A stretch of DNA of 64,000 bases. It comes from Escherichia coli (GTDB taxonomy: Bacteria > Pseudomonadota > Gammaproteobacteria > Enterobacterales > Enterobacteriaceae). The stretch lies in assembly GCF_051903065.1 (NCBI RefSeq), contig NZ_CP178438.1; one strand, written 5' to 3'. Of the stretch, positions 18,166-28,799 are shown piece after piece. The notes below the pieces were generated by a model. The model made no database searches, was not told the origin of the DNA, and saw only the letters and a program-made list of their open reading frames with translations. The first letter of the stretch is position 1; each line of letters begins with the position of its first letter. The translations under genes and the position numbers were made by a program.

Positions 18166-20165
18166 ATTCACTACGTCCGGAATTATTAGAACTGACACCG
18201 CAGGCACTGACGGCGTTAAGCAATGCCGGTTTTGTTAAGCGCAGCCTTAAGGAACTGGAAAATGGCAACGTCCCGGAAATCAGCCATGAGAACGGCGCTT
18301 TAATCGCCACCTTCAGTGACGGTGTCCGTACCCAGCTGGCGAACGGTCAGGCACTGAAAGAGGCTCAGTGCACCTGCGGGGCTAGCGGCATGTGCCGTCA
18401 TCGCGTGATGCTGGTGTTAAGTTATCAGCGACTTTGTGCCACCACCCGGCCCACGGAAAAAGAAGAAGAGTGGCAGCCTGCAATCTGGCTGGAAGAACTG
18501 GCTACCCTGCCCGATGCCACCCGCAAACGTGCACAGGTGCTGGTCGCTAAAGGCATCACCATTGAGTTGTTCTGTGCGCCTGGCGAAATTCCCTCAGCCC
18601 GCTTACCGATGAGCGATGTGCGTTTTTATTCCCGCAGCAGTATTCGTTTCGCCCGCTGTGATTGTATTGAAGGCACACTTTGCGAACATGTCGTACTGGC
18701 TGTGCAGGCCTTCGTCGAGGCCAAAACTCAGCAAGCGGAATTTACTCATTTAATCTGGCAGATGCGCAGCGAACACGTCACATCATCTGACGACCCGTTT
18801 GCCAGCGAAGAAGGCAACGCGTGTCGTCAATATGTTCAGCAATTAAGCCAGGCATTATGGCTTGGCGGCATCAGCCAGCCGCTTATTCACTACGAGGCCG
18901 CTTTCAGCCGCGCGCAGCAAGCGGCGGAACGCTGCAACTGGCGCTGGGTGAGTGAATCGCTACGGCAACTGCGCGCCAGCGTTGATGCCTTCCACGCCCG
19001 CGCCAGCCACTATCATGCAGGAGAATGCTTACGTCAGCTTGCGGCATTAAACAGTCGATTAAATTGCGCACAAGAGATGGCCCGGCGCGACAGTGTTGGT
19101 GAAGTTCCTCCTGTGCCGTGGCGCACGGTCGTTGGCTCTGGCATTGCCGGAGAAGCAAAGCTTGATCATCTGCGGCTGGTGTCTTTAGGTATGCGTTGCT
19201 GGCAGGATATTGAGCATTATGGTTTACGCATCTGGTTTACCGATCCCGACACCGGCAGTATTTTGCACCTTTCGCGCAGTTGGCCGCGAAGTGAACAGGA
19301 AAACTCACCGGCAGCTACGCGTCGGCTGTTTAGTTTTCAGGCTGGCGCACTGGCGGGTGGGCAAATTGTTTCACAAGCAGCAAAACGCAGTGCCGATGGC
19401 GAGCTGCTGTTAGCTACCCGCAACCGCTTAAGCAGCGTTGTGCCGCTGTCGCCTGATGCCTGGCGAATGTTGAGCGCGCCGTTACGCCAGCCGGGCATTG
19501 TGGCTTTGCGGGAATATTTACGCCAGCGTCCCCCCTCCTGCATACGGCCTCTTAATCAGGTCGATAACTTATTTATTCTGCCGGTCGCTGAGTGTATTTC
19601 GCTCGGTTGGGATAGCAGCCGCCAGACGCTGGATGCGCAGGTAATCAGCGGCGAAGGTGAAGATAATCTGCTGACGTTATCACTGCCAGCCTCAGCCAGC
19701 GCGCCTTATGCCGTTGAACGCATGGCGGCGCTTTTGCAACAAACAGACGACCCCGTGTGTCTGGTTTCTGGCTTTGTCAGTTTTGTTGATGGGCAATTGA
19801 CACTGGAACCACAGGTAATGATGACAAAGACTCGTGCCTGGGCGCTGGACGCAGAAACTGCGCCTGTGGTGGCATCACTACCTTCTGCCAGCGTTCTGCC
19901 TGTGCCGTCTACTGCTCATCAGTTGCTGATGCGCTGCCAGGCATTACTTATTCAACTGCTCCATAACGGCTGGCGCTATCAGGAACAGAGTGCTATTGGT
20001 CAGGCAGAGTTGCTGGCGAATGACCTCACCGCGGTGGGTTTTTATCGGCTGGCACATGTATTGGGACAATTTCGTAATACAGAAAGCGAGGCACGGGTAG
20101 AAGCAATGAATAACGGTGTTTTGCTGTGCGAACAATTATTCCCCATGCTTCAGCAACAAGGATGA
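18162..20165 (+). CDS. yehQ: SWIM zinc-finger protein
   Basis: Two CxCx5CxH motifs (CTCGASGMCRH and CDCIEGTLCEH); ATG overlaps the yehP TGA (ATGA); exact start uncertain. Confidence 0.75.
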   Translation: MNSLRPELLELTPQALTALSNAGFVKRSLKELENGNVPEISHENGALIATFSDGVRTQLANGQALKEAQCTCGASGMCRHRVMLVLSYQRLCATTRPTEKEEEWQPAIWLEELATLPDATRKRAQVLVAKGITIELFCAPGEIPSARLPMSDVRFYSRSSIRFARCDCIEGTLCEHVVLAVQAFVEAKTQQAEFTHLIWQMRSEHVTSSDDPFASEEGNACRQYVQQLSQALWLGGISQPLIHYEAAFSRAQQAAERCNWRWVSESLRQLRASVDAFHARASHYHAGECLRQLAALNSRLNCAQEMARRDSVGEVPPVPWRTVVGSGIAGEAKLDHLRLVSLGMRCWQDIEHYGLRIWFTDPDTGSILHLSRSWPRSEQENSPAATRRLFSFQAGALAGGQIVSQAAKRSADGELLLATRNRLSSVVPLSPDAWRMLSAPLRQPGIVALREYLRQRPPSCIRPLNQVDNLFILPVAECISLGWDSSRQTLDAQVISGEGEDNLLTLSLPASASAPYAVERMAALLQQTDDPVCLVSGFVSFVDGQLTLEPQVMMTKTRAWALDAETAPVVASLPSASVLPVPSTAHQLLMRCQALLIQLLHNGWRYQEQSAIGQAELLANDLTAVGFYRLAHVLGQFRNTESEARVEAMNNGVLLCEQLFPMLQQQG

Positions 20166-20289
20166 AATAGTGCTTTTTACTAAGAGTTCTACTCCAGTTC
20201 CGGACTGCTCACGCCACGGTATTAGGCATATCCTATATAGCCCCTGGTGAGAGTCACCAGTTCCTTGATTAAATAAAATGGAGTTTTAC

Positions 20290-20751
20290 ATGAAGGCTTT
20301 CAATAAGCTGTTTTCCCTTGTTGTTGCATCTGTTCTGGTTTTCTCTCTTGCTGGCTGCGGTGACAAAGAAGAATCGAAGAAATTCAGCGCCAATCTGAAC
20401 GGCACTGAAATTGCCATTACCTATGTCTACAAAGGTGACAAGGTGCTTAAGCAATCTTCTGAAACCAAAATTCAATTTGCCTCCATTGGTGCTACCACCA
20501 AAGAAGATGCTGCCAAGACACTTGAGCCGTTAAGCGCCAAATACAAAAACATCGCGGGTGTTGAAGAAAAATTAACCTATACCGATACCTACGCGCAGGA
20601 AAACGTGACTATCGATATGGAAAAAGTGGATTTTAAAGCCCTGCAGGGTATTTCAGGAATCAACGTTTCTGCTGAAGATGCCAAAAAAGGTATCACTATG
20701 GCGCAAATGGAACTGGTGATGAAAGCCGCTGGTTTTAAAGAAGTGAAATAA
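20290..20751 (+). CDS. yehR: Lipoprotein YehR (153 aa)
   Basis: Signal peptide with lipobox LAGC (MKAFNKLFSLVVASVLVFSLAGCGDK). Confidence 0.8.
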   Translation: MKAFNKLFSLVVASVLVFSLAGCGDKEESKKFSANLNGTEIAITYVYKGDKVLKQSSETKIQFASIGATTKEDAAKTLEPLSAKYKNIAGVEEKLTYTDTYAQENVTIDMEKVDFKALQGISGINVSAEDAKKGITMAQMELVMKAAGFKEVK

Positions 20752-20757
20752 TCTGTC

Positions 20758-20783
20758 GGCGGCCATGTTTGCGCATGGCCGCC
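20758..20783. terminator. Bidirectional hairpin between convergent yehR and yehS
   Basis: 10-bp stem GGCGGCCATG / CATGGCCGCC with loop TTTGCG. Confidence 0.55.
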
Positions 20784-20792
20784 ATACCCGTC

Positions 20793-21263
20793 TTAGCTTT
20801 TCTTCACATGCTGGCGCGCTGCCAGTCCACGCAGAAAATAACGTAAAAATTGATCGCCGCATTCGCGGAAGTTTTTATGATCCGGTGCGCGCATCATCGC
20901 TGTAATTTCCGGCATCGAAACGCGGAACTGCTGTTCGGTGAGGATCGCCAGAATGTCATCGGTTTTCAGCGAAAACGCGATGCGTAATTTTTTCAGCACG
21001 ATGTTGTTATTAATGCGACGTTCCGGCTCCAGTGCCGGAGCAGACTCATCCTTGCCGCGTTTTTCATAAATCAGGCCATTGAGGAATGACGACAAAACAA
21101 TGTCCGGACAACGCTGAAAACCCTCTTCGTCTTCTTTACGTAGCCAGACGGCGATCTGTTCCGCGGTGGCTTCGACATTACCCAGCGCCAGAATACGCAC
21201 CAGGTCATTATTATTGGCTTTCAAAATGTAGCGCACGCTGCGCAGAATATCGTTACTTAGCAT
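20793..21263 (-). CDS. yehS: DUF1456-family protein (about 156 aa)
   Basis: Tracked ORF; start chosen at the internal Met (MLSNDILRS); synteny. Confidence 0.7.
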   Translation of the reverse strand: MLSNDILRSVRYILKANNNDLVRILALGNVEATAEQIAVWLRKEDEEGFQRCPDIVLSSFLNGLIYEKRGKDESAPALEPERRINNNIVLKKLRIAFSLKTDDILAILTEQQFRVSMPEITAMMRAPDHKNFRECGDQFLRYFLRGLAARQHVKKS

Positions 21264-21309
21264 GAGGCCTTCAGGTGTTGATGAGGCAAAAAGCCATTTT
21301 AGCAGTCTT

Positions 21310-22029
21310 TTACAGACCAATCGCCTCTTTTAAGCTTTTCAGATAACGGCGGCTGACCGGCACGGTTAAGCCATTACGCAAAATCAACTCGGCCTGGCCG
21401 TTATCTTCCAGACGAATCTCCTGTAAATGCGCGAGGTTAACCAGATACTGACGATGGCAGCGCAGTAGTGGTGTACGACTTTCCAGGGTACGTAATGTCA
21501 ATTCGGTAAAGCCCTCTTTCCCTTCGTGGCTGGTAACGTAGACACCGCTCATCCGACTGCTGACAAATGCCACATCTTTCATTTGCAGCAAATAAATCCG
21601 ACTATGCCCCGTACAAGGGATAAATTTCAGCGCCTGTTGATTTTCCGGTAACAGCGAAACATCCTGCTTGCTGCGTTCCTGACGCAAACGCGTCAGCGTT
21701 TTCTCCAGTCGCGCTTCATCAATTGGCTTCAGCAGATAGTCAAAGGCATGTTCTTCAAAGGCTTTAATAGCGTATTCGTCAAACGCGGTGAGAAAAACAA
21801 TATACGGACGATGTTCCGGGTCGAGCATCCCCACCATTTCCAGACCACTGATGCGCGGCATCTGGATATCGAGAAACAGCACATCCGGGCGCAGTTTATG
21901 CACCGCGCCGATCCCTTCCACGGCGTTTGAACACTCACCAACGATTTCAATATCGCTCTGCTCCTGCAAAAATACGCGCAGGTTCTCCCGTGCTAACGGT
22001 TCATCATCGACAATTAAGACTTTAATCAT
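21310..22029 (-). CDS. btsR: LytTR-family response regulator of the pyruvate-sensing two-component system (239 aa)
   Basis: Receiver domain [18 protein letters not shown]; overlaps the btsS stop; synteny. Confidence 0.85.
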   Translation of the reverse strand: MIKVLIVDDEPLARENLRVFLQEQSDIEIVGECSNAVEGIGAVHKLRPDVLFLDIQMPRISGLEMVGMLDPEHRPYIVFLTAFDEYAIKAFEEHAFDYLLKPIDEARLEKTLTRLRQERSKQDVSLLPENQQALKFIPCTGHSRIYLLQMKDVAFVSSRMSGVYVTSHEGKEGFTELTLRTLESRTPLLRCHRQYLVNLAHLQEIRLEDNGQAELILRNGLTVPVSRRYLKSLKEAIGL

Positions 22030-23711
22030 GCCTCGTCCCTCCATGGTAGTCGTAACGTTATTCGGGTGTAACTATCAGGCTCACAGGCGACGCTTATCCC
22101 ATAGTCATCGCCAAACCGTTCACGTAAACGCTTATCCACCAGATTCATCCCCAGCCCACTGGCATTGGTTACCGGTTGATACAAACCGGCATTGTCTTCG
22201 ATCTCCAGCATCAAATGTTGCCCCTCACGTCGGGCGCTGATTGCCACTCGCCCTGTATCCAGCAGTTGTGATGTCCCATGTTTAATGGCGTTTTCCACTA
22301 TCGGTTGCAGGGTAAACGCGGGCAATTGCTGCTGGGATAATTCTTGCGGAATAGCAATGTTGACCTGCAACCGCGACTGGAAGCGCGCCTTTTCAATTTG
22401 CAGATAAGCGTTCACATGTTCAATTTCGTCGGCGAGAGTAACAAACTCCGAAGGCCGCTTTAAGTTTTTGCGGAAAAAAGTGGAAAGATACTGCACCAGC
22501 TGGCTGGCCTGTTCGCTGTCGCGGCGGATCACCGCTTTAATGGTGTTAAGCGCATTAAACAAAAAATGGGGATTCACCTGGGCGTGAAGCAGTTTGATCT
22601 CTGACTGGGTGAGCATCGCTTTTTGCCGCTCATATTGCCCGGCAAGGATCTGCGCCGAAAGCAATTGCGCAATCCCCTCACCCAACGTGCGGTTGATTGA
22701 ACTGAACAAACGGTTTTTGGCTTCATACAATTTGATGGTGCCCATCACCCGCTGATTTTCACCACGCAACGGAATTACCAGCGTCGACCCCAGTTTGCAT
22801 TGCGGATGCAAAGAGCAACGGTAAGGTACTTCGTTGCCATCAGCGTAGACCACTTCACCGGTTTCAATCGCTTTTAAAGTATAAGTTGAAGAAATCGGTT
22901 TGCCGGGTAAATGGTGGTCGTCACCAATTCCGGTAAAGGCCAGCAATTTCTCTCGATCGGTAATCGCGACTGCACCAATATCCAGCTCCTGATACAGCAC
23001 CTGAGCCACTTTCATGCTGTTCACTTCGTTAAACCCCTGTCGCAAAATGCCTTCCGTCGAGGCTGCCACTTTCAGCGCAGTGGCAGAAAAAGCCGAAGTG
23101 TATTTTTCAAACATCGCGCGTTTATCGAGCAATATACGCATAAACAGCGCCGCGCCGACGGTATTGGTGACCATCATTGGCGCAGCAATATTACTCACCA
23201 GACGCACCGCATCTTCATAAGGTCGGGCGATCGCCAGGATGATCAACATTTGCACCATTTCAGCGACGAACGTGACGGCACCGGCGGTAATGGGGTTAAA
23301 GACTTTATCAGTGCGCCCGCGGCGGATCAGGATGCTGTGTACCAGGCCACCGAGCAATCCTTCAACGATGGTCGAGATCATGCAACTTAGCGCGGTCATG
23401 CCCCCCATCGAATATCGATGTAACCCGCCGGTCAGGCCAACCAGCCCACCGACGACCGGACCGCCGAGTAAGCCGCCCATTACCGCGCCTATCGCACGGG
23501 TATTGGCAATAGAATCGTCAATGTGCAACCCAAACCAGGTGCCCATGATGCAGAAGATGGAAAAGACGATGTAGCAGAGAAATTTATGCGGCAGACGAAC
23601 CGTGACCTGCATTAACGGTATGAATAATGGCGTTTTACTCATTAACCATGCAATGACTAAAAAAACGCACATCTGCTGAAGCAGCAGCAACACCAGATTA
23701 AAATCGTACAT
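22026..23711 (-). CDS. btsS: LytS-type sensor histidine kinase (561 aa)
   Basis: N-terminal multi-TM domain, C-terminal kinase region; start [11 protein letters not shown]; synteny. Confidence 0.85.
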   Translation of the reverse strand: MYDFNLVLLLLQQMCVFLVIAWLMSKTPLFIPLMQVTVRLPHKFLCYIVFSIFCIMGTWFGLHIDDSIANTRAIGAVMGGLLGGPVVGGLVGLTGGLHRYSMGGMTALSCMISTIVEGLLGGLVHSILIRRGRTDKVFNPITAGAVTFVAEMVQMLIILAIARPYEDAVRLVSNIAAPMMVTNTVGAALFMRILLDKRAMFEKYTSAFSATALKVAASTEGILRQGFNEVNSMKVAQVLYQELDIGAVAITDREKLLAFTGIGDDHHLPGKPISSTYTLKAIETGEVVYADGNEVPYRCSLHPQCKLGSTLVIPLRGENQRVMGTIKLYEAKNRLFSSINRTLGEGIAQLLSAQILAGQYERQKAMLTQSEIKLLHAQVNPHFLFNALNTIKAVIRRDSEQASQLVQYLSTFFRKNLKRPSEFVTLADEIEHVNAYLQIEKARFQSRLQVNIAIPQELSQQQLPAFTLQPIVENAIKHGTSQLLDTGRVAISARREGQHLMLEIEDNAGLYQPVTNASGLGMNLVDKRLRERFGDDYGISVACEPDSYTRITLRLPWRDEA

Positions 23712-23932
23712 ACCCGCAAACCACACTTCCCTTTAAAACGCGTAACATACATTGCCTGCGTTTAACTTTCTTTGAACTCTTGCAGAAAAATGAGAATTCG
23801 TGAGTACGATCACTCAAAATCGCCAGGCAAAAATAAAATCACCCTATAGATGCACAAAAAACGGGTAAAACTACCTGGTTCGCAAAACTGCGTCTAAAGT
23901 TAAACCGGGACCTCGCGAGCAAGGGTGAGACG

Positions 23933-24664
23933 ATGGCGCTTTACACAATTGGTGAAGTGGCGTTGCTTTGTGATATTAACCCTGTCACGTTACGCGCGTG
24001 GCAGAGGCGTTACGGATTGCTGAAACCGCAACGGACAGACGGCGGTCATCGGCTGTTCAACGATGCCGATATTGACCGGATCCGCGAGATCAAACGCTGG
24101 ATCGACAACGGCGTGCAGGTCAGCAAAGTTAAAATGCTGCTCAGTAATGAAAATGTTGATGTGCAGAACGGCTGGCGCGATCAGCAAGAAACATTACTGA
24201 CTTACTTGCAAAGCGGCAATCTGCATAGCCTGCGAACGTGGATCAAAGAGCGCGGTCAGGATTACCCCGCCCAGACGCTCACCACGCATCTGTTTATTCC
24301 TCTGCGCCGACGGCTTCAGTGCCAACAACCAACTCTCCAGGCGCTGCTGGCGATCCTCGACGGCGTACTGATCAACTACATCGCCATCTGTCTGGCTTCG
24401 GCACGTAAAAAACAGGGTAAAGATGCGCTGGTGGTTGGCTGGAATATTCACGATACCACCCGTCTGTGGCTGGAGGGCTGGATTGCCAGTCAACAAGGAT
24501 GGCGCATTGATGTCCTCGCCCACTCGCTCAATCAACTACGCCCTGAACTGTTCGAAGGCCGTACATTGCTGGTGTGGTGCGGTGAAAATCGAACCTCCGC
24601 CCAACAACAGCAACTCACCAGTTGGCAAGAACAAGGCTATGATATTTTCCCACTCGGCATTTAA
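23933..24664 (+). CDS. mlrA: MerR-family transcriptional regulator (curli regulator MlrA, 243 aa)
   Basis: N-terminal MerR HTH YTIGEVALLCDINPVTLRAWQRRYGLL; synteny. Confidence 0.85.
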   Translation: MALYTIGEVALLCDINPVTLRAWQRRYGLLKPQRTDGGHRLFNDADIDRIREIKRWIDNGVQVSKVKMLLSNENVDVQNGWRDQQETLLTYLQSGNLHSLRTWIKERGQDYPAQTLTTHLFIPLRRRLQCQQPTLQALLAILDGVLINYIAICLASARKKQGKDALVVGWNIHDTTRLWLEGWIASQQGWRIDVLAHSLNQLRPELFEGRTLLVWCGENRTSAQQQQLTSWQEQGYDIFPLGI

Positions 24665-24723
24665 TGATTCGTTAACAAATGCGCTTTACTGTACAATCCT
24701 TTCGTTAACATAAGGAGTGCATT

Positions 24724-24831
24724 ATGCGCATAGCTAAAATTGGGGTCATCGCCCTGTTCCTGTTTATGGCGTTAGGCGGAATTGGTGGCGTCATGCTCGC
24801 AGGTTATACCTTTATTTTGCGTGCTGGCTAA
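24724..24831 (+). CDS. yohO: Small membrane protein (35 aa, [35 protein letters not shown])
   Basis: Hand translation; below the length cut-off of the ORF track; position after mlrA. Confidence 0.6.
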
Positions 24832-25543
24832 GCGCCTGCACCAGCCTTTCAAACAGGCGGTCTGCGATGATCGCCGCCAGTGCCACCAGTAACGCCCCCT
24901 GGATCACATACGCGGTATTAAATCCGCTAAGCCCGATGATGATGGGCGTACCCAGCGTGCTGGCCCCTACCGTTGAGGCGATCGTCGCCGTACCAATGTT
25001 GATAATCACCGAAGTTCGCACGCCCGCCAGAATCACCGGAGCCGCCAGCGGTAGCTCGACCTTACGCAGTCGCTGACCACGACTCATTCCCATACCTTTC
25101 GCAACTTCTGTCACACTGGCATCAATCGCTCCCAGCCCGGCAAGTGTCGCCTGCAGGACGGGCAGCACACCGTAAAGGATCAAGGCGATAATCGCTGGTT
25201 GCAGACCAAAGCCTATCACCGGAACGGCGATCGCCAGCACCGCGACGGGCGGAAAAGTCTGTCCAACGGCGGCAATAGTTTCCACCAGTGGGCGAAATTC
25301 CGCGCCCCACGGGCGAGTGACAGCAATTCCGGCACCAGTACCAATGATCACCGCAAACAAACTCGAAATTCCCACCAGCCAGAAATGAGCCAGCGCCAGG
25401 GCCGCAAAACTTTCTTGCTGATAAACGGGTCTCGGCAGTTGTGGGAACAAGGCAGCAAACAGCGGCTGGCTGTAAGGCAGCCAGAAAATCAGCGCCACAA
25501 AAAGAGCAATGAGCCAGAACAGCGGATCGCGCAACATCTTCAT
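24812..25543 (-). CDS. yehW: ABC transporter permease (osmoprotectant uptake)
   Basis: Tracked ORF, polytopic membrane protein; operon context yehZYXW. Confidence 0.85.
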
Positions 25544-25547
25544 ACGC

Positions 25548-26474
25548 TTACGCCTCCACCAGCAGATCCTGAAAATGCAGCGTGCCGCTAGGCTGGCCCT
25601 GCGTGTTCACCACCGGCAGCACCTCGCATCCCCGCGCGACAAACAGAGAGAGCGCATCGCGTAGCGTCATCTCTTCTGCCAGTGCCTCACCTTCTGCTCG
25701 TTCTTCGCGACGCACGTAATCCGCCACACTACGTAACGAAAGCAGGCGCACACCCAGTTCACTACGTCCAAAAAACTGGCGGACAAAATCATTCGCCGGA
25801 CGAGTCAGCATCGTCAGCGGATTCCCCTGCTGCACCACTTCACCGTGATCCATCAATACCAGATGTTCTGCCAGCCGTAGCGCCTCATCAATATCATGAG
25901 TGACCAGCACAATGGTACGCCCCAGCAAACGGTGAATGCGCGTCATCTCTTGTTGCAACGCGCCGCGCGTTACCGGGTCCAGTGCGCCAAAAGGTTCATC
26001 CATCAGTAAGACTTGCGGATCGGCAGCCAGTGCGCGCGCTACTCCCACACGTTGCTGCTGACCACCGGAAAGCTGATGCGGATAACGCTCACGTAAATTT
26101 GACTCCAGCCCCAGTAGCGCCATTAATTCGTCGATACGATCGTCAATCCTCGCCCGCGACCATTTTTGTAATTGCGGCACGGTGGCAATGTTTTGTGCCA
26201 CGCTCCAGTGGGGAAACAGGCCAATAGATTGAATGGCATAGCCCATCCGGCGGCGCAACTCCAGTACTGGCAGCGAGCGAATTTCTTCTCCGGCAAAGCG
26301 GATCTCTCCGCTGTCATGCTCCACCAGGCGGTTAATCATTTTCAGGGTGGTGGATTTACCGGAGCCAGATGTGCCAATCAGCACCGAAAAACTCCCTTTC
26401 TGAAAATTGAGATTGAGATCGTTAACGGCTTTTTGTGCGCCGAACAGTTTGCTGACATGGCTAAATTCAATCAT
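25548..26474 (-). CDS. yehX: ABC transporter ATP-binding protein
   Basis: Walker [10 protein letters not shown] and ABC signature LSGGQQQRV. Confidence 0.9.
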   Translation of the reverse strand: MIEFSHVSKLFGAQKAVNDLNLNFQKGSFSVLIGTSGSGKSTTLKMINRLVEHDSGEIRFAGEEIRSLPVLELRRRMGYAIQSIGLFPHWSVAQNIATVPQLQKWSRARIDDRIDELMALLGLESNLRERYPHQLSGGQQQRVGVARALAADPQVLLMDEPFGALDPVTRGALQQEMTRIHRLLGRTIVLVTHDIDEALRLAEHLVLMDHGEVVQQGNPLTMLTRPANDFVRQFFGRSELGVRLLSLRSVADYVRREERAEGEALAEEMTLRDALSLFVARGCEVLPVVNTQGQPSGTLHFQDLLVEA

Positions 26475-27624
26475 TACGTTTCACCTTCAGCAGTGCGATA
26501 AGCAAATCGAACAGCGCGTCGGTAAGCACCGCCAGAACAATTACCGGGATCACCCCCAGCAACACTAAATCAATGGCGCTGCTTAGCAGCCCCTGGAAAA
26601 CCAGCGCACCAAAACCGCCTGCGCCGATTAACGCCGCAATCACCGCCATGCCTACAGTTTGCACCATCACCACCCGCAGGCTGCGCAGAAATACCGGTAA
26701 CGCCAGCGGTAACTGAACATGCAGGAATCGCTGCGCCCCGCTCATCCCCATCGCTCTGGCGCTCTCCAGCACATCGCGCGGGATCTGGTTCAAGCCTACT
26801 ACCACGCCGCGCACCAGCGGCAGCAAGGCATAGAGCACCAGCGCAATCAGTGCGGGTGTCATTCCGGTTCCTGCTATGCCGAACTTCCCCAGCCACGGAA
26901 AGGCCGTAACCAGTCCGGCAAGCGGCGCAATCAGCAGGCCAAAGAGCGCCACCGAAGGCACGGTCTGAATGACATTGAGCAGAGAAAAAATTGCCCCCTG
27001 CCGCGCAGTGGAAAAGTAGCACCAGATGCCCAACGGCACACCAATCACTAACGCAGGCAGCACCGCACCAAACAGCAACGTCAGATGTTGTGCCAGCGCG
27101 TCGTCAAACACATCCTGACGGTTGGCGTATTCTTTCATTAGTGAGAGATCGTTAAGCGTGCCGGAGTACAGCAACCACAGCGGAATAATGGCAATCTGCA
27201 TATGCAACAACCAGCGCCACAGCGGATGCGTGGAGATTCGGCGGATGGCATCGCTACAGGCCAGCAATGCCAGCGCCGCAGCCAGCCAGAAACCACTGCC
27301 GAGGCTGGTACGCGCCAGCGCACTGCCATTTTGCGCCAGTTGGGTCGCCGCCTTTCCTGCTCCCCACACCAGCAATACGAAGACGAATTGCGCCAGAATG
27401 AGTGCAAAAATGCTGCCTTTTTTAGCGGGAATAAAACAGGCTGTCAGCCAGGCGCAACCAACGCCCACCAGCATCCAAATCGTTTGCGGCCACAGCTGCC
27501 AGAGATGTCGCCCTTCACCCGAGACTAAACGATTAGGCGCGTAGCTGATAAACGGCAGCGCCGCTGCGATTGCCGTCAGCAACAGCAGCAGCGCCAGAAC
27601 AGGATTGATACGTAGATAAGTCAC
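26467..27624 (-). CDS. yehY: ABC transporter permease
   Basis: Tracked ORF, membrane protein; overlaps the yehX start. Confidence 0.85.
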   Translation of the reverse strand: MTYLRINPVLALLLLLTAIAAALPFISYAPNRLVSGEGRHLWQLWPQTIWMLVGVGCAWLTACFIPAKKGSIFALILAQFVFVLLVWGAGKAATQLAQNGSALARTSLGSGFWLAAALALLACSDAIRRISTHPLWRWLLHMQIAIIPLWLLYSGTLNDLSLMKEYANRQDVFDDALAQHLTLLFGAVLPALVIGVPLGIWCYFSTARQGAIFSLLNVIQTVPSVALFGLLIAPLAGLVTAFPWLGKFGIAGTGMTPALIALVLYALLPLVRGVVVGLNQIPRDVLESARAMGMSGAQRFLHVQLPLALPVFLRSLRVVMVQTVGMAVIAALIGAGGFGALVFQGLLSSAIDLVLLGVIPVIVLAVLTDALFDLLIALLKVKRND

Positions 27625-27630
27625 GGGAAA

Positions 27631-28548
27631 TTACTTCGTCCACCCTTTTTGTTTCAGGTAGTCGGCAGCCACTTTTTTGGCATCCAGTCCTTCAACTGCA
27701 ATGCTGGCATTCAGTTGCTGCAATGTTTTTTCATCGAGGCTGGCGAAGACTGGCTGTAGCCACTGTGCCATTTGCGGATACTCCTTCAACACCGATTCAC
27801 GCACCACTGGTGCAGGCGCGTAGATAGGTTGCACGCCTTGCGGATCGCTTAAGGTTTGCAGCCCCAGCGCCGCGACCGGACCGTCAGTGCCGTAAGCCAT
27901 TGCGGCATTAACGCCAGAAGTTTGTTGGGCAGCGGCTTTAATCGTTACCGCCGTGTCGCCGCCAGCCAGTGACAGTAACTGATCCTGATCGAGTTTAAAG
28001 TCGTAGGCTTTTTCAAACGCGGGTAACGCATCGGCGCGTTCGATAAACTCTGCCGAGGCTGCCAGTTTGAAGGTGCCACCCTCTTGCAGATAACGACTCA
28101 GGTCAGCAAGCGAAGTGAGTTTGTTTTTCTCTGCCACATCCTGACGCACGGCGATGGTCCAGGTGTTATTTGCAGGTGCGGGCGTCAGCCAGATTAACTT
28201 GTTTTGCTCTGCATCGAGTTTTTTGACTTTCTCGTAACCTTGCTGCGCGTTTTTCCACGCTGCATCGTTTTCATCTTTAAAGAAAAACGCGCCATTGCCG
28301 GTATATTCCGGATAGATATCCAGTTCACCGGAAGTAATCGCCCCGCGCACCACAGGAGTCGTTCCGAGTTGCACTTTATTGACCGTCGGTACGCCGTGGC
28401 TTTCCAGTACCTGCAAAATGATATTGCCGAGCAGCGCGCCTTCAGTATCGATTTTTGAACCGACTTTAACGGGAGAAGCTGCCTGTAGCGGCAGGCTCAC
28501 GGCTGCCAACATAACCAGTGAACCTGCCCAGACCTTTGAGAGTGGCAT
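27631..28548 (-). CDS. osmF: Periplasmic glycine-betaine-type substrate-binding protein
   Basis: Signal peptide MPLSKVWAGSLVMLAAVSLPLQA; first gene of the yehZYXW operon. Confidence 0.85.
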   Translation of the reverse strand: MPLSKVWAGSLVMLAAVSLPLQAASPVKVGSKIDTEGALLGNIILQVLESHGVPTVNKVQLGTTPVVRGAITSGELDIYPEYTGNGAFFFKDENDAAWKNAQQGYEKVKKLDAEQNKLIWLTPAPANNTWTIAVRQDVAEKNKLTSLADLSRYLQEGGTFKLAASAEFIERADALPAFEKAYDFKLDQDQLLSLAGGDTAVTIKAAAQQTSGVNAAMAYGTDGPVAALGLQTLSDPQGVQPIYAPAPVVRESVLKEYPQMAQWLQPVFASLDEKTLQQLNASIAVEGLDAKKVAADYLKQKGWTK

Positions 28549-28690
28549 GATGCTTTCCTCATTCTTTTACTGTTGTTTTCAGCGAATTAAGAGAAAAGCA
28601 TAGTTGATAATGACAGGGTTAGCCTGAGCGGACGGATTCAGTTGCAGAATCAGATAAATACTTAAGAGGCATATTTGGTCCGGCGTTTCC

Positions 28691-28726
28691 TGCCGGATGC
28701 GGCGCGAGCGCCTTATCCGGCCTACA
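28691..28726. repeat. REP element
   Basis: TGCCGGATGCGGCGCGAGCGCCTTATCCGGCCTACA. Confidence 0.8.
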
Positions 28727-28799
28727 AAGGGCGAAAATTCAGCAAGTTAAGATATGAACATCAGGCAAAGGGCGCAAACATCGCGCCCTTGCTAAAGCA

